Positions 57,846-64,000 of a stretch of DNA of 64,000 nt are shown in pieces. Under the pieces are notes generated by a model. That model was not told where the DNA came from, did not search any database, and saw only the letters and a program-made list of their open reading frames with translations. The stretch's first letter is position 1. Every line of letters begins with the position of its first letter. Both the position numbers and the translations under genes were made by a program. The stretch spans positions 896,001 to 960,000 of the forward strand of contig CAVVKJ010000010.1 of the NCBI GenBank assembly GCA_963748815.1, written 5' to 3'. This DNA is from an uncultured Gemmatimonadales bacterium. Lineage in GTDB: Bacteria > Gemmatimonadota > Gemmatimonadetes > Gemmatimonadales > GWC2-71-9.

Positions 57846-58397
57846 TCAACGCGCCGGAGCCATGCGGTAGGTGATCCGGCTCTCGCAGACCTGGAGCCCC
57901 CGCGCCCGCACCGCCGACAAGACGGCCTCCGCCCCCTCCTCCCTCTGGAGGGTCATCCTGATCCACTGGGGGCGTCCGGCGGGGTCGCTCAGCACCAGCA
58001 GGTCGAGCGCCCGCCCTGCCCAGACACTCCGGGAGCGAATCCACCGCATCCCGTTGGCGCCCCGGTGCAGCACCAGTTCCCCCAGCCGCGCCAGGAGGCC
58101 GCGATCCTCCGACTGGAGCACCACGGCCGCCCGGGCCAGGCTCAGCGCCGGGAGCGCCGCCTCGACCATGGGGAGCGGGATGCGGTCGATGTCGAGGATG
58201 ATGCGGGGAGGAACCCGGCTGACGGCGTGGCGAAGCTCGCACGCGGTGCCCACACGCGGCCCGAAGGCGGCCAGGCCCACCTGAGGCAAGTGAAGACCAT
58301 GCAGGAGGTCCGCCGGGACGCCGACGATGGCCCCGGGCGGCACGGTGAGGAGCAGCGGCAGGAGCGCCCCGGCGCGGATCGGCTCGACGGACAGCAT
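57846..58397 (-). CDS. hypothetical protein
   Basis: Co-oriented 183-aa ORF with a TGGAG RBS; no recognised motif. Confidence 0.5.
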   Translation of the reverse strand: MLSVEPIRAGALLPLLLTVPPGAIVGVPADLLHGLHLPQVGLAAFGPRVGTACELRHAVSRVPPRIILDIDRIPLPMVEAALPALSLARAAVVLQSEDRGLLARLGELVLHRGANGMRWIRSRSVWAGRALDLLVLSDPAGRPQWIRMTLQREEGAEAVLSAVRARGLQVCESRITYRMAPAR

Positions 58398-58458
58398 CGC
58401 TCCACCATACGCCGCTCCCGCCGGACCACATCACCCCGGCGATGCGCGGCGGGGCGAC

Positions 58459-59388
58459 TTAACGGCGATCCTGCACCCGCGTGAGCAGCACCGGTCGATC
58501 GGCGCCCCGCAGCACCTTGTCGGCCACGCTGCCGAGGACCATCCGCCGCAGCCCCCGCGCGCCGTGCGTCGCAAGGGCCAGCAGTTCCACGTTGGCGAGT
58601 GAAGCCTCATGCAGCACGGCCTGGGCGACCCCGGGCTCGACGACCACCCGGGTCGAGACCTTGACCACCCCACTCCGCAGCCGCGCCGCGACGCCTTCCA
58701 GGTACGCCTCGGCCTGATCGGTGAGCGACTTGGTCAGCGTGTCATCCATTGGAAGCGACGCCGCCATCCCCGCGTCGCCGGGGATCGGAACCGGGGGCAC
58801 CACCCGCAGCAGCACGACCTCGCACCGCTTCGGGTCGGCCAGGGCGAGCGCCGGCGCGATGGCCGACTCGGATTCCGCGGACCCGTCGAGCGCCACCAGG
58901 ACCTTTCGGAACTGCTCCGCGGGGGGAATGGCCGTCCCTTCTGCCGGACGGATCAGCAGGACCGGCACCGTGAGGCGCCGGACCAGCGCGTCCGAAACGC
59001 TCCCCAGCCACAGGCGGCTGAGCGCGCCGCGCCCGTGCGTCGCCAGCACCACGAGGCCGAAGGCGTTGTCCTCGGCGTGGCGGGCGATCTGCTCGACGAC
59101 GTCGCCCTCGAGCAATTGCCGGGTCACCCCGGTGAATCCGCCCTCCTCGAGCCGAGCGGCGCAATTCGCCAGGTACTGCTCCTCGGCGTCCCGAATGCTG
59201 GGATCGACCGCCGTCGCGGCGACGGCGCCCTCGGTGGCAATGGTCCACGGGGGCACCGGATCGTGAACGCGCACCAGTTCGAGGTGCGCGCCCACCACCT
59301 TCGCCAGGCAGGCCGCCCACGGCAGCGCCTGCTCCGAAAAAGGCGAGCCGTCGAGCGGCACCAGGATGCTCTTGATCATCGGGTCCAT
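58459..59388 (-). CDS. universal stress protein, tandem USP domains
   Basis: ILVPLDGS, ATHGRG..LGSVSD, VALDGS, ATHG..LGSVAD. Confidence 0.93.
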   Translation of the reverse strand: MDPMIKSILVPLDGSPFSEQALPWAACLAKVVGAHLELVRVHDPVPPWTIATEGAVAATAVDPSIRDAEEQYLANCAARLEEGGFTGVTRQLLEGDVVEQIARHAEDNAFGLVVLATHGRGALSRLWLGSVSDALVRRLTVPVLLIRPAEGTAIPPAEQFRKVLVALDGSAESESAIAPALALADPKRCEVVLLRVVPPVPIPGDAGMAASLPMDDTLTKSLTDQAEAYLEGVAARLRSGVVKVSTRVVVEPGVAQAVLHEASLANVELLALATHGARGLRRMVLGSVADKVLRGADRPVLLTRVQDRR

Positions 59389-59410
59389 CCTTTCACGCGA
59401 AGTCTCGCGC

Positions 59411-60703
59411 TCAAGCCAGCAAGAGGGCCAACGCGGTGGCGACCCCGAGATAGGCCAGGCCGGCGCCTGCCAGCCGACGGAACTGGGCCGTGCCGAGGCC
59501 GGCCGCCATCGTGAGCTTCAGGATCGTGTTGCTGAGCAGGCCCACCATGATGGCCTGGGCCGCGAGGCGAACCGTCCCGTCGTCGGTGCCGAGCCTGGCC
59601 ATGGAGACGGTGAGCGCGTCCATGTCGGTCAGGCCGAGGAGGGCGGCGAGGGGCAACACGCCGGGGTCGCCGAATTCCGCGCGGACCCAGGCCAGCGCCA
59701 TCATGGCTCCCTGGAAGAGGAGCGCCAACCGGATGGCGCTGCCGAGCCGGAGCGGGTTCGACGGTGGTGCGAACGGTTCTGCGGCGGGCTCCCCCGCCGC
59801 GACGCCGGGCCGAAAGGCCCACGCGGTCAGGAGTCCCCCGGCGGCAAACGGAATAGCCGCCATCGGGAGCAGCGCCCAGCCGGCGGCCTGGTTCAGCACG
59901 AAGGTGATGCCGGTGACACGGATGATCAGGATGGTGCAGGCGCCGATGACGCCAGCGGCGAGCCCCATGCCGGCCTCCGGTTCCAGCCGGCTCCGGCGGG
60001 CGAAGTTCAGCGTAACCGCCGTCGAGGAGATGAGCCCGCCGGCGAGGCCGGCGTAGGCGTAGCCGCGGGTGACACCCACGACCTTTCGGGCCACGAACCC
60101 GAGGAAGTTGAGTCCCGAGAAGAGCAGGACAAGGAGCCAGAGGGCCTGCGGGTAAATGCCTCCGAGCGGACCAAACGGCCCCGCGGGCACCAGCGGCAGC
60201 ACGATGAGCGCGAGCACGGCGAACTGCAGCGCCCCCCGGAGTTCCCAATCGTCGATTCGCTGCACGAATTGGTGAATGCGGCTCTTCTCGTTCAGCGTCA
60301 GGACCACCACCACACCCGCCGCACTCGCCAGCCGCAGGTGACCCAACCCGGCGAGGACCCCGAGTCCGAGCACGACGAGAGCGGCGACCTCCGTGGTGCC
60401 GTCCGGGTCGTGCGAGCCGCGTCGACTTGCGGTGAGGTACGCCGCTGCGACCAGCAGGGCGGCCCCGCCGAGAAGTGCCGCCGACAGCGCCGTTGCCCCG
60501 GCGGCGAGCAGCAGGCCCGCGATTCCCCCTGCCCCGCCCAGAAGCAGGAAGGTCCGGGCGCCCGCGAAGCGGGCGTCCGGACCCTCAGCATGCCCCGACC
60601 ATTGTCGTTCGATCCCGACGGCGAGGCCGACCAGCGCGGCCACGGCCAGCCCCAACGCCGCCTCGGACGCGACGAGCGGAGCCACCATGTCCGCAATCAG
60701 CAC
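59411..60703 (-). CDS. MgtC/SapB-family plus DUF4010 membrane protein
   Basis: GLAVGIERQW, FAGARTF, GTTEVAAL, GGLISSTAVT, GLTDMDA. Confidence 0.85.
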   Translation of the reverse strand: MLIADMVAPLVASEAALGLAVAALVGLAVGIERQWSGHAEGPDARFAGARTFLLLGGAGGIAGLLLAAGATALSAALLGGAALLVAAAYLTASRRGSHDPDGTTEVAALVVLGLGVLAGLGHLRLASAAGVVVVLTLNEKSRIHQFVQRIDDWELRGALQFAVLALIVLPLVPAGPFGPLGGIYPQALWLLVLLFSGLNFLGFVARKVVGVTRGYAYAGLAGGLISSTAVTLNFARRSRLEPEAGMGLAAGVIGACTILIIRVTGITFVLNQAAGWALLPMAAIPFAAGGLLTAWAFRPGVAAGEPAAEPFAPPSNPLRLGSAIRLALLFQGAMMALAWVRAEFGDPGVLPLAALLGLTDMDALTVSMARLGTDDGTVRLAAQAIMVGLLSNTILKLTMAAGLGTAQFRRLAGAGLAYLGVATALALLLA

Positions 60704-60704
60704 G

Positions 60705-61211
60705 CTACTCCTTTGGGGCGGGAGCGGGACTCGCCGCCGCGCCGCAGCCCGTCCCGTCTCCCTTGCAGCAATCCATGCCGGGAGCGCAGGCGCCGTTACC
60801 CCCCATCATCCCACCCATGCCACCCATGCCTTCCATACCGCCCATGCCCCCCATCATCATCTTCTCCATGTGAGCATGCATCATCTTGAGCATCCCCTGC
60901 ATCATCAGTCGGTCCTGCACCATTGCGTTCACCACGGCGGCCATCGCCTCGGTCTTCTTGCTCCCGCTGGCCTTGTTCATGGCGGCGGTCAGGTCGGCAA
61001 TCTGGGTGTTGGCGGAGTCCATCTTGGCCATCATGGCCATGCAGGGGCACTCCCCGCTCCCCCCACACCCACCGCCGGCGCCCATGCCGGGGCCCATGGC
61101 GTGGGCGTGTCCCGCCATCGGTGCCGCCGGCGCGGTGGCCGACTCCTGGGCCCGGAGCGGGGCGGCGAAAATCAAGGGAGCGGCGAGCGCGATCAAGGCT
61201 AGGCGGCGCAT
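60705..61211 (-). CDS. exported Met/Cys/His-rich protein
   Basis: Signal ending LRA-Q; CGGSGECPCMAMM, MMHAHMEKMMMGGMGG, CAPGMDCC. Confidence 0.7.
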   Translation of the reverse strand: MRRLALIALAAPLIFAAPLRAQESATAPAAPMAGHAHAMGPGMGAGGGCGGSGECPCMAMMAKMDSANTQIADLTAAMNKASGSKKTEAMAAVVNAMVQDRLMMQGMLKMMHAHMEKMMMGGMGGMEGMGGMGGMMGGNGACAPGMDCCKGDGTGCGAAASPAPAPKE

Positions 61212-61233
61212 AAGGAACCTCAAAGAGAAAGAT

Positions 61234-62067
61234 TCAGAGCGGAACAGTCAATACTGCACAAAGCGCCGAATGGAGCAGCCCGCGGGCGACGCTGCCTCCC
61301 TCGACGATACCCGGCGGACCCCCGCGATGGTAGCCGAACGCCATCAGCCTGGCGCCGGCTTCCGCGGCTTCGGCAAGCAACTCGGAGAGGACGTTACCCC
61401 GCCGAATCCGCAGGTCGGTCGTGACCAATCCCCTGTCGAGGGTGCGGTTGAGCCGGAGGGTGCGCGATGCCGGCAGGGTAGCGGCCAGCTCGTCGGGTTC
61501 ATTGAGCCAGACGGGCTCGACCGTCACCGCCCGCAACGGGGTCTCGATGGTCCGCGCGAAGTCGGCGGCCGTGCTGAAGACGAAGGCGCTGCGTTCGGTG
61601 GCGTCGAGGCAGACCAGCATCGGCCCGAATTCCTCGCAGTCGACCCCCACAAAGAGGCAGGGCACCCGGCTCCGCCGCGCAACGGCGTCGGCGGTGTCGC
61701 CGAGGAACATTCGCTGGCGCTGGGTGCGCTGCTTCCGGCCCAGGACCAGCAGGTCACCGGCGTGTTCTTCCGCGTAGCGCGGAATCTCGATGCCGGGAAC
61801 CCCGGACAGCACCGTGAACGCCGGCGCGATGCCCGGAGCGGCGCGCTGCAGCTTGGCCTCGAGCCCTCGCGAGAGGTCACGAAGCAGGGTCTGGTGTTCG
61901 GAGTCTGCCGCCACACCCCCCGCGGCCGTCTGACCTGGCGTGGCGACGCGCACGGATACGACCGTCAGCCTGGCGCCCGCCCGTTCGGCCAGGCGTGCGG
62001 CGACCAGCACGGCGTGATGACCGGCCTCAGATTGATCCGTGGCCGCGACCACATGCCGAAGCTCCAT
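61234..62067 (-). CDS. universal stress protein, tandem USP domains
   Basis: HVVAATDQS, DLLVLG..FLGDTADAV, EGGSVARGLL. Confidence 0.88.
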   Translation of the reverse strand: MELRHVVAATDQSEAGHHAVLVAARLAERAGARLTVVSVRVATPGQTAAGGVAADSEHQTLLRDLSRGLEAKLQRAAPGIAPAFTVLSGVPGIEIPRYAEEHAGDLLVLGRKQRTQRQRMFLGDTADAVARRSRVPCLFVGVDCEEFGPMLVCLDATERSAFVFSTAADFARTIETPLRAVTVEPVWLNEPDELAATLPASRTLRLNRTLDRGLVTTDLRIRRGNVLSELLAEAAEAGARLMAFGYHRGGPPGIVEGGSVARGLLHSALCAVLTVPL

Positions 62068-62115
62068 GAATGTGTGCTCCGCGGTGGGTGACGTTGCATA
62101 CTCGTCTGATTCCCT

Positions 62116-62132
62116 TGAAGGGAGTATGAAGG
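62116..62132 (-). promoter_or_regulatory. direct-repeat operator CCTTCA-N5-CCTTCA upstream of the USP gene
   Basis: Minus strand CCTTCATACTCCCTTCA; 11-bp period. Confidence 0.6.
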
Positions 62133-62191
62133 AATCGAGAAGAAACGGCGGCTCCTTCCCACCCATCCCCGAGACCACCTACTTTCAAACC

Positions 62192-63436
62192 ATGTCCCGC
62201 GACCCTCCCCAGCGCTCCCCCTCCCCCGAACGGCTGGAGCAGCTGGTCTCCGCCGGCCTCCTCCTGAACTCCGAGCTCTCCCTCGAGGGCGTGCTGCAGC
62301 GGGTGGCGGAACTCGCCTGCGAAGTCATCGGGGCCCGGTACTCCGCCATCGGCGTGCTCTCGGACGATCACCGCCGCCTCGACGCCTTCGTGACCGCCGG
62401 TATCGACCAGGAGACGCGGGCCCGCCTCGGCCCGCCACCGGAGGGCAAAGGGGTGCTCGGCCTGGTGATGCGGGAGCGGCGCATCATCCGGCTCGCCGAC
62501 CTGCAGACCCACGCCTCCTCCGTCGGGTTCCCGCCCGGCCATCCTCCGATGCACTCGTTCCTCGGCGTCCCGATCGAGCGGCGACGCGGCGTCTTCGGCA
62601 TCCTGTACCTCACGGAAAAGCTCGACGGCCCGGAGTTCACCCCGGAGGACGAGCATATCGCCTGGCTCCTGGCCGCTCAGACCGGCGCCGCCATCGAGAA
62701 CGCCCGCCTGCACGAGGAAAGCGCCCGGCTGCTCGAGGAGGTCCAGCAACTGCAGCGCTCCCGGGAGCGGTTCTTCGCCATGGTCAACCACGAACTCCGA
62801 AACGCCCTGGCCGGGGTCTACGGCTGGGCGGAGATGCTGGTGCGGAAGAAGGATCCGGCCACCGTCCCCAAGGCCGCGTTCGAGGTGCTGGATTCGGCCG
62901 AGCAGGCCACCGCACTGGTCAACGACCTGCTCGACTTGAGCCGGCTGGACGAGGACCGCCTCAAGCCGGTCGTCCGTGAGGTCCTCCCGGCCCTGATGGC
63001 CCAGCGGGCGGCGGCCCGCGTCACTCCACTCGCCCAGTCCAGCTCCACCCAGGTGGTGATCAACCCGGGATCGGAACTCGAGAGCATCCAGACCGATGCA
63101 CACCGGGTCGAACAGATTCTCGTGAACCTGCTGACCAACGCCATCCGTCACGCCCCCAAAGGCAGCGAGATTCGGGTCGCCATCCTCGATGATCACGGAC
63201 GGGTCCGGTTCGAGGTGCTCGATGGAGGGCCCGGGGTGGCCGAGGAGGATCTGGACCGGATTTTCGACATTTACCAGACGAAGGGGACGGATGGCGGCGT
63301 GGGGCTGGGCCTCCCCCTCTCCCGAAGGCTGGCCCGACTGCTCGGCGGCGACCTGCGGGCCGAGGCCCGCCCGGATGCCGGCGGCTGCTTCATACTGGAG
63401 CTTCCGAGTGGCGGAAAGGTAAAGAGTCCTTCATAA
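62192..63436 (+). CDS. GAF (DosS/DevS-like) HisKA-HATPase sensor histidine kinase
   Basis: GARYSAIGV, SVGFPPGHPPMHSFLGVPI, LYLTEK; NHELRN H-box; NLLTNA, DGGPG, GLGL. Confidence 0.9.
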   Translation: MSRDPPQRSPSPERLEQLVSAGLLLNSELSLEGVLQRVAELACEVIGARYSAIGVLSDDHRRLDAFVTAGIDQETRARLGPPPEGKGVLGLVMRERRIIRLADLQTHASSVGFPPGHPPMHSFLGVPIERRRGVFGILYLTEKLDGPEFTPEDEHIAWLLAAQTGAAIENARLHEESARLLEEVQQLQRSRERFFAMVNHELRNALAGVYGWAEMLVRKKDPATVPKAAFEVLDSAEQATALVNDLLDLSRLDEDRLKPVVREVLPALMAQRAAARVTPLAQSSSTQVVINPGSELESIQTDAHRVEQILVNLLTNAIRHAPKGSEIRVAILDDHGRVRFEVLDGGPGVAEEDLDRIFDIYQTKGTDGGVGLGLPLSRRLARLLGGDLRAEARPDAGGCFILELPSGGKVKSPS

Positions 63437-63466
63437 TACCTTCCAAGACCGTTCACCCCTTCCTCA
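63428..63466 (+). promoter_or_regulatory. four 11-bp-periodic CCTTCA-like boxes upstream of the response regulator
   Basis: CCTTCA 63428, CCTTCC 63439, CGTTCA 63450, TCCTCA 63461; then TAACTT 7 nt before the ATG. Confidence 0.55.
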
Positions 63467-63479
63467 TAACTTGAGCACC

Positions 63480-64000
63480 ATGAAAGTTCTCGTCGTGGAG
63501 GACGACCGGAAGGTCGCCGGGTTCATCGAACAGGGTCTGAAGGAAGAGGGCTGGACCGTGGACGTCGCGCCGGATGGCGAGGAAGCCACGATGCTGGCCC
63601 ACGTCTACCAGTACGACGTCATCCTGCTCGATGTCGTGTTGCCAAAGAAGAACGGCTTCCAGGTTGCGGCGGAGCTCCGCCGCGAGGGGCGCAACACCCC
63701 CATCCTGATGCTCACCTCGCGGGACGCGGTGGAGGATGTGGTCCGCGGCCTCGATGCGGGTGCGGATGACTATCTCGCCAAGCCCTTCCGGTTTGAGGAG
63801 TTGCTGGCCCGGATGCGCGCCCTGGTCCGGCGCGGGGGTGCCGAGCGTCTGGAGACGCTTCGGTATGGTCCGCTCTCGATGGATCGGCTGCGCCACGAGG
63901 TCCGCATGGACGACCAGCCCCTGGACCTCACCCCCAAGGAGTTCCAGCTGCTCGAGTTCTTCCTGCTTCACCCGGAAGAGGTCGTGCGGCGGACCACCCT
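63480..64000 (+). CDS. OmpR/CusR-family response regulator; runs off the window; not in the ORF track
   Basis: MKVLVVEDD, ILLDVVLP, ILMLTSRD, GADDYLAKPF, DLTPKEFQLL. Confidence 0.95.
   Translation, partial: MKVLVVEDDRKVAGFIEQGLKEEGWTVDVAPDGEEATMLAHVYQYDVILLDVVLPKKNGFQVAAELRREGRNTPILMLTSRDAVEDVVRGLDAGADDYLAKPFRFEELLARMRALVRRGGAERLETLRYGPLSMDRLRHEVRMDDQPLDLTPKEFQLLEFFLLHPEEVVRRTT

Overview
GC-rich bacterial chromosome segment, most likely Gemmatimonadota. This is an inference from the homodimeric GlyRS, the RpoC/L24/L30 N-termini and the Ig-lipoprotein repertoire; no database search was run. The core is the minus-strand translation/transcription supercluster: tRNA-Thr/Tyr/Gly/Thr, rpmG-secE-nusG-rplKAJL-rpoBC, rpsL-rpsG-fusA-tuf, S10 and spc operons, secY-adk-map. 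It is followed by trpS-pilT-peptidase-purA instead of the alpha operon. There are four accessory regions. (1) A minor-pilin operon with a sigma54-type promoter at 0.9-4.6 kb. (2) An ~11.5 kb mosaic island between rpoC and rpsL, with Ig-like/leishmanolysin-type lipoprotein peptidases, an orphan peptidase tail, and truncated ECF sigma/kinase, TonB receptor and haloperoxidase-like genes. (3) A ~4 kb RCC1-repeat lipoprotein cassette flanked by a duplicated cysS 3' end. (4) A USP cluster divergent from a DosS-like GAF kinase and an OmpR-type regulator, sharing CCTTCA-N5 boxes. Single-base frameshifts in glyS, rpsE and fusA point to indel errors in the assembly, so frameshifts elsewhere are not by themselves evidence of pseudogenes. 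No CRISPR array, integrase, transposase or reverse transcriptase was seen.
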